In this document: positions 47,084 to 56,229 of the stretch, one piece after another
Position numbering within the stretch: the first letter of the stretch is position 1
Layout: the number at the start of each line of letters is the position of its first letter
Source of the DNA: Myxococcales bacterium
GTDB lineage: Bacteria > Myxococcota_A > Polyangia > Polyangiales > DASUME01
NCBI GenBank assembly: GCA_047601445.1
Contig: JASGJH010000001.1
Coordinates: forward strand, 2,112,001 to 2,176,000
Direction: 5' to 3'
Length of the DNA stretch: 64,000 nucleotides
Notes under the pieces: model-generated
Database searches by the model: none
What the model was told of the DNA's origin: nothing
What the model saw: only the letters and a program-made list of their open reading frames with translations
Made by a program: the position numbers and the translations under genes

Positions 47084-48366
47084 GCGAACCTGCCGACGGC
47101 ATGACCTGCGATCGCGCCTACGACCTGCTGGTCGACGTGGCGTGCGACGAGCTCGCGCCCGAGCTCGCCGCGGCGGTGCGCAGTCACGCCAGCGGTTGTG
47201 ACCGCTGCGGCCCCGAGCTCGCGAATTTGACGCGGGTGATGAGCGTGGCGGAGGCACTGCCTCTCGCAGAGCCGTCGAAGGCCGTGGAGGAGCGGATTTT
47301 GCGAGCTGCGCGCGAGGCCCTGGCGGCTCGCGCGGGCAGCTCGGAGGCGCGTGAGCCCGCGCGCGAGCTGAGCCAGCGCAGCTGGTTTGCCAGGCTTTCG
47401 GAGTGGGCGCTCTCCCCCCAGGTGGCCATGGCGAGTGTGCTCCTGTTGATGGTGGGCATCGGGTTGTACTCGCTGCCGCTGGGTCGCGAGCAGGAGCCCG
47501 TGGCCTTCGAGGCCACCCCCGACGAGCGTGTCCCCGCTGCGCCCGCCGCCAGTGCGACTGCCGCGCCGGCCGCCGAGCCGAGTCCCGAAAGTGCACGCGA
47601 AGAGGCCGCGCGCGCGGCCAGCGAGGAAGACCAGCTGCGAGACGAGCAGCTGCTCAAGGTGCAGAGCGCCCGCAAGCGCCCCAAGGCTGCCGGGCGCAGT
47701 GCAGGCAAGGCGGACTACGAGGCCTTCGACTACGGGTCCAGCAAGGGTGGCGGCGGCGGCCTCGGGAACACGGTTCCTGGCCTGGACGACTCCCAGCCGG
47801 CCAAGAAAGAAGCCGCGTTTCCGGGCAAATCCAAGCCGAGCGTGAGCGCCCCCAAGGACTCGCAGGCCCCGGCTCCGTTCGCGCCCGCACCACCGCCCGG
47901 CCCCGCGGCGAGCAAACCGAGCAAGGTTGCCCAGCCCGCAACGCCGGAAAGCAAGAGCGCACCGGCGCCGCAGGCCAGCAGCGCCTATGAGGCGAGCGCG
48001 CCAGCCGCGGGCGCCGCTGCGGAGGCGGTCGACGAAAAGAGCAGCGCGGACACGACCCAACGCGCGCTCAGCGAAGGCATCGCCGCTGCGCGCAAGGGGG
48101 CCTACGCACAAGCCGTCAGCTTGCTGACGCCCCTGGCCAACCAGGGCCCCGAGAGCTCGCGCAACAGCGCCAGGTTGTGGCTCGCGCGGAGTCTGCGCGG
48201 CCAGGGGAAGTGCGCGGAGGCGCTCCGATACTACGCCCCCCTGGCGCAGCAGGCGAGTGCCAGCGACGACGTCTTGTCCGAGGCAGCCGATTGCTACGAC
48301 CGCACCGGCGATGCGACCCTGGCGGGCAGACTGCGCAAGCGGCTCAACGCGGCCGAGAGCCAGTAA
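47080..48366 (+). CDS. Zinc-binding anti-sigma factor (zf-HC2), one TM, low-complexity linker, C-terminal TPR-like domain
   Basis: HASGCDRC (HxxxCxxC), TM VAMASVLLLMVGIGLY; start overlaps sigma stop. Confidence 0.85.
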   Translation: MSEPADGMTCDRAYDLLVDVACDELAPELAAAVRSHASGCDRCGPELANLTRVMSVAEALPLAEPSKAVEERILRAAREALAARAGSSEAREPARELSQRSWFARLSEWALSPQVAMASVLLLMVGIGLYSLPLGREQEPVAFEATPDERVPAAPAASATAAPAAEPSPESAREEAARAASEEDQLRDEQLLKVQSARKRPKAAGRSAGKADYEAFDYGSSKGGGGGLGNTVPGLDDSQPAKKEAAFPGKSKPSVSAPKDSQAPAPFAPAPPPGPAASKPSKVAQPATPESKSAPAPQASSAYEASAPAAGAAAEAVDEKSSADTTQRALSEGIAAARKGAYAQAVSLLTPLANQGPESSRNSARLWLARSLRGQGKCAEALRYYAPLAQQASASDDVLSEAADCYDRTGDATLAGRLRKRLNAAESQ

Positions 48367-48375
48367 AGGGCGCGC

Positions 48376-49200
48376 TCAGCGCCGACCGAACAGCGACTTC
48401 GCCCAGCGACTGCGGCTCGGGCGCAGCTCGTGGCCTGCGCTATCGAGCACCTGGGCCAAGCCGACGGCGAAGCTAGCTGCGACGGCCACGCTGTCCCCGC
48501 TCATACCGAGACGCTGCAGCTCGCCGTGGAGCTCAGCCCCCAGACCTACCATCACGACGCTGCCCCCAAGCGCGCGACACGCCAAGCAAAACTCGAGCAG
48601 GGCGCGCGCCATCCGCTCGGACGGCCAGCCGTCGAGTCGCGAGACGTCGAGCAGACATGCGAGGGCATCATCCCGCAGAAAATCCCGCGCTGCCTCATCG
48701 AGCACCTGCTCGAGCGCGTCGAGCTCAAGGGGACCTGCCAGAGCGAGGTAACGGCAGCGCGGTGCCAAACTGAGCGAGACCTGATGCTTGGCTACACTGG
48801 CGCGCAGCTCGGCCGTGACCCGCTCGTCGCGCCCGGCGCAGTAGCCCTCCAACACGACCACCTGACAGCGCATTTCGAGCTCGGAGGACAGCGCGCTGTC
48901 CTCCTCCGAGAGGGCGGCGAACAGCGCCTGCAACAGGGCGAGGGCCGCCGTCGGCGTAGCCCCGAGCACGCCCGCTCGGCGCCCCAGCAGCGTCAACAGG
49001 GCATAGGCCTCGTGGCAGCAGGTGTCGTCGGACGCACCCGGGCCCAGCTGGGCCAATGCCTCGAGAACGGGACGTACCTCGTGCGAGAGATCGGGCCCAA
49101 GGAGGCGGTCTTCTCGAAACGCCACGCCCTGTCGATAGGCTCGCTCGAAGATCGCGAGCATCGCTTCAATCGGCGGCCGCCTACCTGGCACGGGTTCCAT
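48376..49200 (-). CDS. STAS-domain protein (RsbR-like) with helical N-terminal domain
   Basis: C-terminal LAGPLE...CLLDVSRL...CRALGGSVVMVGL pattern. Confidence 0.6.
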   Translation of the reverse strand: MEPVPGRRPPIEAMLAIFERAYRQGVAFREDRLLGPDLSHEVRPVLEALAQLGPGASDDTCCHEAYALLTLLGRRAGVLGATPTAALALLQALFAALSEEDSALSSELEMRCQVVVLEGYCAGRDERVTAELRASVAKHQVSLSLAPRCRYLALAGPLELDALEQVLDEAARDFLRDDALACLLDVSRLDGWPSERMARALLEFCLACRALGGSVVMVGLGAELHGELQRLGMSGDSVAVAASFAVGLAQVLDSAGHELRPSRSRWAKSLFGRR

Positions 49201-49392
49201 GGTGCACCATCACCGAAAGCGCGGTCCACCTTGGCACCCGCGTTCGGCGCGGGCAAGGCCGTCTCCTCACGCGTCTTGCGCGCCAGCCCCGGCGAACCGC
49301 GGGTCGGTTTGTATTGTTCGCCACGGCCGGTCGGGGGTGAAGCGCTCGAGACCCGAGCATCGCCCGCTGTTCAGTGGTAAAAACGCTCCGCC

Positions 49393-50826
49393 ATGGCCGC
49401 CACGATCCTGATCGTCGACGACGAAAAAAACATCCGACGCACCCTGCAGATGGTGCTCTCGGGCGCCGGCTTCGACACGCTGGAAGCCGGTAGCGCGGAG
49501 GAAGCCCTCTCGTTGCTCGAGGAGCGGGGCGAGGTCGATCTGGTGATCCTGGATCTCAAGCTCCCCAAAATGAACGGGCTCGAGGCCCTGGCCAAGATTC
49601 GCAGCCGCCCGGAATGGACCCGGCTGCCGGTGATCGTGATCAGCGGACATGCCTCCGTGGCAGAGGCCGTGGAAGCCGTGCAGATGGGAGCCACGGACTT
49701 CTTCGAGAAGCCCCTCGATCGCGATCGCGTGCTCGTGAGCGTGCACAACGCCCTGACCACATCGAAGTTGCGACGCGAGGTGGAGCGCCTGCGCGAGGGC
49801 AGCGCCCAGCGCTACGAGATGATCGGCGAGAGCGCCGTCATGCGGCGCTTGTTCGCCGAGATCGAGAAGGTGGCTCCGACGCGCGGACGCGTCTTGATCA
49901 CAGGCGAGAGCGGCACGGGCAAGGAGCTGATCGCGCGCGCAATCCACCGCCTCAGCCCGCGCAAGGATCAGCCCTTCATCAAGGTGAATTGCGCGGCCAT
50001 CCCCTCGGAGCTGATCGAGAGCGAGCTGTTCGGCTACGAGAAGGGTGCCTTCACTGGCGCGGTGGGGCGCAAGAAAGGTCTGTTCGAGCAGGCCAACGGC
50101 GGCACCCTCTTTCTCGACGAGATCGGGGACATGAGCCTCGATGCGCAGGCCAAGGTGTTGCGTGCACTGCAGAGCGGCGAAATCACACGCGTCGGTAGCG
50201 AGCTGACCGTTCACGTCGACGTGCGCGTGCTGGCGGCGACGAACCGCGACCTCGAGGCGAGCGTCTCGGAGGGGCGCTTCCGCGAAGACCTCTACTTCCG
50301 CTTGAGCGTCGTCCCCATTCGCAGCCCTTCCCTGCGCGAGCGGCGCGACGACATCTCCACCCTGGCACTGGCCTTCGCCCGCTCCTTCTGCGCGGAAAAC
50401 GGCATCCGCGAGAAGCCGATCGACCCTGAGGTGCTCGAGGCGCTCAGCGAGCGCGGTTTCCCGGGCAACGTGCGCGAGCTCCGCAACGTGGTGGAGCGCA
50501 TGGTGATCCTCAGCGGAGACCGAGTGACCCTCGACGATCTCCCCCCTGAGGGCAGGCTGCGTGAGTCCCAGAGCAGCATCTCGGAGCCGCCACCGCCGCC
50601 GAGCCACGCAAGCTCCGCAGCGGGTGAAATCGAGGTCTCGAACTCGGGCGAACGGCTCACTTTGCGCGAATTCCGCGACAAGGCCGAGGCCGACTACATC
50701 CTGGCCACGCTCAAGGAGTTCGACTGGAACATCTCGCGGGCCTCGGTCGTGCTGGGCGTGGAGCGCACGAACCTGCACAAGAAGATGCGCGCACTGGGAA
50801 TCCGCCGCGACGGTCTGGAGGGCTGA
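49393..50826 (+). CDS. Sigma-54-dependent response regulator (NtrC/NtrX family)
   Basis: Receiver (IVDDE, LDLKLP, ISGH, EKP), [23 protein letters not shown]-terminal HTH. Confidence 0.95.
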   Translation: MAATILIVDDEKNIRRTLQMVLSGAGFDTLEAGSAEEALSLLEERGEVDLVILDLKLPKMNGLEALAKIRSRPEWTRLPVIVISGHASVAEAVEAVQMGATDFFEKPLDRDRVLVSVHNALTTSKLRREVERLREGSAQRYEMIGESAVMRRLFAEIEKVAPTRGRVLITGESGTGKELIARAIHRLSPRKDQPFIKVNCAAIPSELIESELFGYEKGAFTGAVGRKKGLFEQANGGTLFLDEIGDMSLDAQAKVLRALQSGEITRVGSELTVHVDVRVLAATNRDLEASVSEGRFREDLYFRLSVVPIRSPSLRERRDDISTLALAFARSFCAENGIREKPIDPEVLEALSERGFPGNVRELRNVVERMVILSGDRVTLDDLPPEGRLRESQSSISEPPPPPSHASSAAGEIEVSNSGERLTLREFRDKAEADYILATLKEFDWNISRASVVLGVERTNLHKKMRALGIRRDGLEG

Positions 50827-50890
50827 CCCCACCCGCGGTCGGTGTTCGTGGGGTCGGTGCTCGCGGAGGCGTGCTCGCGGAGAGCTCAGC

Positions 50891-51295
50891 TCAAAGCGCG
50901 ACGGAGAGGGTCGCGTGATCGCTACCCACGGGACTGCGCTCGACCAGGTGCGCGAGCTGCTCGCGTAGGGCCTCGAAGCAGTAGGGCTTGGGCAAGAAGC
51001 CAATTTCGCCGACTTGGGCGCGCTCCAGCTGGGCACGCGTAAGGTGGTAGGCGCTCATCAAGATGACGCGCGTGCCTGGATGGGCGAAGCGCAGGCGACG
51101 GGCTAGTTCGAGGCCGTCCACACGCGGCATCATCAGGTCGCAGATGACGACGTCGACAGCTTCCCGCTTGAGGGTCTCGAGGGCATGGTGTCCATCGGAG
51201 GCCTCGAGGACTTCGTAACCCTCCATACGAATGCTGATCGACAGGCTGCGCCGATGATTGATCTCGTCGTCCACGATCAGAATTCGATGCGACAT
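50891..51295 (-). CDS. Single-domain response regulator (CheY-like)
   Basis: ILIVDDE, CDLMMP, MSAY, PKPY; no output domain. Confidence 0.92.
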   Translation of the reverse strand: MSHRILIVDDEINHRRSLSISIRMEGYEVLEASDGHHALETLKREAVDVVICDLMMPRVDGLELARRLRFAHPGTRVILMSAYHLTRAQLERAQVGEIGFLPKPYCFEALREQLAHLVERSPVGSDHATLSVAL

Positions 51296-51495
51296 GCTGT
51301 CCTCGACTCAGCGCCTCGCGAAGAGGCCATTCAGTGTTTGCTTGCGGCCAGGCCCGGACGGGAAGGCCGGTCTACCTGCGTCGACGCTGCCCGCGCCGTC
51401 CGCCTGGGTCGATGGGACGTGCCCTCGACTCCGTCGTTCAATGGCTACGCCCTTGGAGCGGTTCGCCGTTTGTCCGGTTAGTCGGTGGAACGTTT

Positions 51496-51511
51496 AGCAA
51501 CGGGCATGCCG
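51496..51511 (-). promoter_or_regulatory. Sigma-54 promoter CGGCATG-CCCG-TTGCT
   Basis: Exact GG-N10-GC spacing and close match to TGGCACG-N4-TTGCW, about 200 nt upstream of the receiver gene. Confidence 0.75.
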
Positions 51512-51559
51512 CGCCTGGTGAGGGCTATTTGTCGCATAAAGTCGGCTGAAACGGGGGTA

Positions 51560-51607
51560 TTGCAGCGTTGAAGAGACGTCGTCTTTCCCGCATTTGCAAT
51601 ACTGCAA
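51560..51607. promoter_or_regulatory. Two enhancer-like sites: TTGCA-GCGT-TGAAG (51560) and perfect palindrome TTGCA-ATAC-TGCAA (51594)
   Basis: AT-rich patch 50-100 nt upstream of the sigma-54 promoter; sites 34 nt apart. Confidence 0.55.
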
Positions 51608-51699
51608 TGCCATTTGTGAAGCGCTCAAGGTAGGCAGGCACGCCAAAGGTGCGGAAAGTCACCGCCACCTCGGACATGCTCGACGACCCCAAGGCCCTG

Positions 51700-53094
51700 T
51701 CAGCCTGACCAGGTGACGTTGAGGCGCTTCATCTTGCGCCAGAGCGTGGTGGAGCTTAGTCCCAGCAGCTCGGCAGCGCGCTCCTTGTTGCCGTCTACCT
51801 CACGCAGCACGGCCTCGATGGCCTTGCGCTCGGCGTCGTCGACCACGTCCTGCAAGGCCCTTCCGGCAGCCTCGGCGCTCGGCCCCGCGCTGGCGGCGGC
51901 CTGGGCTCGCTCCTGAGCCCGCCTCGAGAGCTGCATCTCGGGCGGAATGACGTCGTCGCGCTGCACCACGCCGTTGACCGCGAGGGCCACGCCTTGCTCG
52001 ATCATGTTCTCGAGTTCGCGGATGTTACCGGGAAACTCGTAGCCCATCAGGTAGTCCATCACGCCTTCGCCCACGCTGACATGGCGCGACATCTTGCGGG
52101 CGAACTTGTCGACGAAGTGCTCGACCAATTGCGGGATGTCCTCGGGACGCTCGCGCAGTGGCGGCAGGATGAAGCGAGCCACGTTGAGGCGATAGTAGAG
52201 GTCCTGACGGAAGCGCTTCTCCTCGATGGAGACCTTCAGGTCCTGGTTGGTGGCCGCCACGATGCGCACGTCGACATGGATTGGCTTGTTGTCGCCAAGC
52301 CTGCGGATCTCGCCCTCCTGGATGGCGCGCAGCAGCTTGGCCTGGAACGACGGAGGCGTCTCGGCGATCTCATCGAAGAAGAAGGTGCCGCCGTTGGCCT
52401 CCTCGAAGAGCCCCTTGCGGGCGCTCACGGCGCCAGTGAAAGCACCGCGCACATGGCCGAAGAGCTCGCTCTCGAGCAGGGTCTCGCTGATGGCGGCGCA
52501 GTTCACCGAAACGAAGGGACGGGTCGCCCGCTTGCTGTTGGCGTGCACTGCTCGCGCCACCAGCTCCTTACCGGTGCCGCTCTCGCCCGTAATCAGGACG
52601 GTGGCATCGGTGGGGGCGATGCGAACGATGCGGGCGAGCACGTCGCGCACCGCGGCCGAACGCCCGATGATATTGTCGAACTTGTAGCGCTCGCGGAACT
52701 CCGCGGCCATGACGCTCATCTCGCCGGCCAAGCGGCGCTGCTCGACGGCCTTCTGCACGCGGAGCAAGAGCTCTTGCTCGGTAAACGGCTTCTGGATGTA
52801 GTCGTGGGCACCGATGCGCATGGCTTCGACCGCGCTCTCGATGGTGCCGAAGGCCGTCATCACCATGACCTCGGTAAGCTGCGAGATCTCCTTGGCTGCA
52901 CGCAACACGTCGAGCCCGTCGGTGCCGCCCATCTTCAGGTCGGTGAGCACCAGATCGTAGACTTCGGACGACAAGCGATCGACGGCGGCTTCGCCGTTCT
53001 CCGCTTCATCGACATCGTGCCCCGCGCCGCGAAGCATCATGGCGAGCGTGGTGCGCATGTTGCGCTGATCGTCGACAACTAGCAGCTTGGCCAT
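51700..53094 (-). CDS. Sigma-54-dependent response regulator (NtrC family; resembles myxobacterial EpsI/Nla24 from memory)
   Basis: [43 protein letters not shown] ending STTLWRKMKRLN. Confidence 0.93.
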   Translation of the reverse strand: MAKLLVVDDQRNMRTTLAMMLRGAGHDVDEAENGEAAVDRLSSEVYDLVLTDLKMGGTDGLDVLRAAKEISQLTEVMVMTAFGTIESAVEAMRIGAHDYIQKPFTEQELLLRVQKAVEQRRLAGEMSVMAAEFRERYKFDNIIGRSAAVRDVLARIVRIAPTDATVLITGESGTGKELVARAVHANSKRATRPFVSVNCAAISETLLESELFGHVRGAFTGAVSARKGLFEEANGGTFFFDEIAETPPSFQAKLLRAIQEGEIRRLGDNKPIHVDVRIVAATNQDLKVSIEEKRFRQDLYYRLNVARFILPPLRERPEDIPQLVEHFVDKFARKMSRHVSVGEGVMDYLMGYEFPGNIRELENMIEQGVALAVNGVVQRDDVIPPEMQLSRRAQERAQAAASAGPSAEAAGRALQDVVDDAERKAIEAVLREVDGNKERAAELLGLSSTTLWRKMKRLNVTWSG

Positions 53095-53289
53095 CTCTCT
53101 TATGCCGGTCGAAGCGCGCTGGTTCGCGCTAGCCAATCGTTCATCGTGCGCGCGGGACCGCGAGAGCCCACGAGCTCTCTCGTTGCAGCCGCCCCCGGAA
53201 CCGCCGCGCCTCTTGCGAGCCTAACACGCCGAGACGTACCAGGGGAGGCACCCCCTCTCAAAGCGGTCAGCGCGCCGGGAGGTCCGAAC

Positions 53290-54609
53290 TCAGGCCACCA
53301 GCGGCTCCACGGCCGCGACGATTTGCTCGCGGAGCTCGGCGGGGAAGACCAGACGGGGCCGTAGGGTGCGTTTGTTCCGGAGCTCTCGAAGCAGGAAGGA
53401 AACATCCCCCAAGCGAGCCATCGGGCGGTGGCGCAACGAAACCCAGAGCGCGCTGGAGCCGGCCCCCTTGGGTTCGGCGTAGGGAACGTCGCGCGGTACG
53501 TCCAGCCACACGTAGAGGTCGGGTCGGAAACCATGGGCCAGGGCAATCTCCGAGGCGCGCTGATGGCATTCGCGCCAGACGGGCTCCTGCTCCACGTGAT
53601 CGGGCAGCGGCAGCGTCTTGGGTAGGGCCCGCGCCATGAAGCGTCGACACAGGTCTGCGAGCAGCGCGTCGCCGTCTTGTTGCCAGGCCGCGATACACGA
53701 CGTGAGGGCCGCGTCATCGAGCATCAGGTACTCCCCCGGGGTGACCACCTCCTCCCGCGCCGCCCGGATCAGCGCGACGGGGACCGGGTCGAGGCTCGCG
53801 CCCTCGCGCGAGAGCTCCGCCGCACGCGCGAAGATGCCGCGCACCAGGGCCTCGGCCGCTCGGACAGCCTTGTGGTGATAGACCTGCTGATACATGAAGT
53901 GCCGCGCCAGGAAGAAGCCCTCGATGGGCGGCAGGCCCTTGCGCCCTTCGATGGCTAGCACGTAGCGTGAGCTGCCGTCTTCCTCGCGGACCTCGCCGAA
54001 CGACAGGGCGCGCAGCAGCCAATCGAGATCGTAGACGCCATAGCGCACGCCCGTCATCAGACTGTCCCGCAAGAGGTAGTCGCAGCGGTCGACGTCGAGG
54101 GTTCCGCTCACGGCGTGGCCGAGGTAGCCGAGCCGGTGTTTTCCCCGCACGAGCTGGGCCACTCGCGCCGCGGTGCCCGCTGAAAAGGTCTCGAGGGCCC
54201 GGTGCAGTTCACTGTCCGGGTTGGCGATCAACTGCTCCGTCCAGTCCTCGTGCTTGAGGGTGCCGGGGAGGACGTCCTCGTAGAGATGGGAGAAGGGACC
54301 GTGACCCAGGTCGTGCAACACGGCGGCCGCTAGCGCCTCCATGCGGCTCTGGGCATCGAGCCGTTGCTCCGGCGGCAACACGTGCTCCGCCTGGGCGATG
54401 CGGTCGAGCAGCCGACCCATGACGTAGCCGGTTCCGATGGCATGGGCGAAGCGCGAGTGCTCGGCGCCGGGAAACACCAGGGAGGCCAGGCCGAGCTGCC
54501 GGACACGGCGCAGACGCTGCAGCTCGGGGGTTCCCACCAGGGCTTGCACCACGCGCTCACGCTCGCCCTCGAAAGCCACGAGCCCATGCACTGGATCGCG
54601 AAGAATCAT
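53290..54609 (-). CDS. HD-domain phosphohydrolase (dNTP triphosphohydrolase/SAMHD1-like family)
   Basis: RDPVHG, QRLRRVRQLG, HSRFAH, LHDLGHGPFSH, DVDRCDYLLRD, MYQQVYHHK. Confidence 0.92.
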   Translation of the reverse strand: MILRDPVHGLVAFEGERERVVQALVGTPELQRLRRVRQLGLASLVFPGAEHSRFAHAIGTGYVMGRLLDRIAQAEHVLPPEQRLDAQSRMEALAAAVLHDLGHGPFSHLYEDVLPGTLKHEDWTEQLIANPDSELHRALETFSAGTAARVAQLVRGKHRLGYLGHAVSGTLDVDRCDYLLRDSLMTGVRYGVYDLDWLLRALSFGEVREEDGSSRYVLAIEGRKGLPPIEGFFLARHFMYQQVYHHKAVRAAEALVRGIFARAAELSREGASLDPVPVALIRAAREEVVTPGEYLMLDDAALTSCIAAWQQDGDALLADLCRRFMARALPKTLPLPDHVEQEPVWRECHQRASEIALAHGFRPDLYVWLDVPRDVPYAEPKGAGSSALWVSLRHRPMARLGDVSFLLRELRNKRTLRPRLVFPAELREQIVAAVEPLVA

Positions 54610-54615
54610 GTGCCG

Positions 54616-56199
54616 TCAGTGTACCCGAGGGGAGCCGCGAGCAGCCGATACCAACGTTCCAAATCGACCGTCGCGGGGCACCACATAGTGCTCGAGGCGG
54701 GAAGAAGTGATTGCGACCACGTCTTCGTGCCAGAGCGGGATCACGGGAAGCTCCTGGGCGAGCAGATCTTGCACCTGGCGATAGATCGGGATGCGCTGCT
54801 CGAGCACCACCGTCGCCCGCCCCCGCTCGAGCAGGCGATCGAGTTCCGGGTTGCGCAGACGCCAACGATTGCCGCCCTCACGTACGCCTGGCTCGGGCAC
54901 GCGATCGCTGGCGAAGAACCAGCTCAAGGTGTGGGGCTCGAAGACCTCCGGCAACTGCATCAGCGTCATCTCGAAGCGACCCCGGGCGAGATCGGCGAGC
55001 AAGGTGGCCGATTCACTGGGGCGCACGTCGACCTCCACCCCCACGGCCTGCCACATCGACACCAGGGCTCGCGCCACAGAGACCATGAAACGGTCGCTGC
55101 CCGTCCGTAACACCAGGCTCAAGGGTCGCGCTGCGTCGTAGCCGGCGGCACGCAGGAGCTCACGCGCGCGGGCCGGGTCGTGGGCGTGGCCAGGCGTGTC
55201 GCTGGCATGGGCCCAGTGCCCGGGCACGATGAAGCTGCTGGCGAGGCGGGCGCGGCCACCCAGCTTGTGACGAACGATCCCCTCGCGGTCGATCGCGAGG
55301 GCGAGGGCCGTACGAACCTGTCTGTTCGAGAGGGCAGCATGGGAGAGGTTGAGGCCCACGTAGGTGGTGCCGACCCCGGGCGCGGTGCGGACGCGAAAGC
55401 GTGGTGGCGAGAACAACGGTACGAGAAGCGGCGGAATCACGTTGAGCGCCAGGTCGCCCGCGCCTGCGAGCATGCGCAAGGCGCGGGTGTTGTCGTCGCG
55501 GACGATCACGAAGCGCAACCTGGGGAAGCTCGGCTGTCCCAGGCTGTAGAAACGATTCGCCACCAGCTGGAGCTCCCCTCGATCGGCGCTCTGAAGCACG
55601 TAGGGGCCCGAGCCCACGGGCTTGGCCTTGGGGTTCGCGGGACGCACGGCGTCTTCGGCGCGCAGGATGGGGATCTCGAGATCGGTGATGAACGTGGCGT
55701 GGGGCTCGCCTAGCTCGAACTCGACCTCTCGGGGAGACAACGCCCGCACCGTGCGAATGCGGCGATAGGTGCTCGCGTAGCGGGTCTTGAGCTGAGGATC
55801 GACCAGGCCGCGGAAGGTGGCCACCACGTCGTCGGCGTCGAGCGAGCTCCCGTCCGAAAAGCGCAGGTTCTCGCGCAGGACCACCCGATAGCGGGTCGGC
55901 GTCACGAGTTCGACGCGCTCGGCCAGCCACGGTTCGGGCGTGAGGCTGAGCGGGTCGATGCGCGTCAAGGATGCGTGCAGGAGGCGCGAGAGCTTGAGAC
56001 CGTAGGCGTCGCCGACGTAGCGCGGGTCGAGCTGATCGGGCTCGCGGGGGAGCAGCACCACCAAGGTGTCCGCCGCGGCGGGCTCTGCCTGGTCCCGAGC
56101 GCAGCCCGCCATGCACAGGAGGAGCAGGAATAGGCAGGCGATTTTCGGACACGCGATTTTTGGCCGCGCGATGTTTGGGTGCGCGATTTTTGGCCGCCA
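54616..56199 (-). CDS. ABC transporter substrate-binding lipoprotein, family 5 (OppA/DppA-like); start codon unresolved
   Basis: CLFLLLLCMAGC lipobox, LDPR, LRENLRFSDG, GSGPY, VRTALALAIDRE, LPVIPLWH. Confidence 0.85.
   Translation of the reverse strand, partial: WRPKIAHPNIARPKIACPKIACLFLLLLCMAGCARDQAEPAAADTLVVLLPREPDQLDPRYVGDAYGLKLSRLLHASLTRIDPLSLTPEPWLAERVELVTPTRYRVVLRENLRFSDGSSLDADDVVATFRGLVDPQLKTRYASTYRRIRTVRALSPREVEFELGEPHATFITDLEIPILRAEDAVRPANPKAKPVGSGPYVLQSADRGELQLVANRFYSLGQPSFPRLRFVIVRDDNTRALRMLAGAGDLALNVIPPLLVPLFSPPRFRVRTAPGVGTTYVGLNLSHAALSNRQVRTALALAIDREGIVRHKLGGRARLASSFIVPGHWAHASDTPGHAHDPARARELLRAAGYDAARPLSLVLRTGSDRFMVSVARALVSMWQAVGVEVDVRPSESATLLADLARGRFEMTLMQLPEVFEPHTLSWFFASDRVPEPGVREGGNRWRLRNPELDRLLERGRATVVLEQRIPIYRQVQDLLAQELPVIPLWHEDVVAITSSRLEHYVVPRDGRFGTLVSAARGSPRVH
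56138..56197. repeat. Four tandem 15-bp units, consensus GCGATTTTTGGCCGC (units 2 and 4 identical)
   Basis: GCGATTTTCGGACAC GCGATTTTTGGCCGC GCGATGTTTGGGTGC GCGATTTTTGGCCGC; encodes RPKIA HPNIA RPKIA CPKIA on the minus strand. Confidence 0.9.
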
Positions 56200-56229
56200 C
56201 GAATGGCGCGAGAGGCTAGCCTCCAGCCC

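Noticed and set aside
51296..51485. Leader of the receiver gene as a c-di-GMP-I riboswitch
   Set aside because: Has a GGACAAAC-like start but lacks the GAAA tetraloop and GACGCAAA elements
56138..56197. 15-bp repeats as a mini CRISPR array
   Set aside because: Units are contiguous with no spacers, too short, and no cas genes are present
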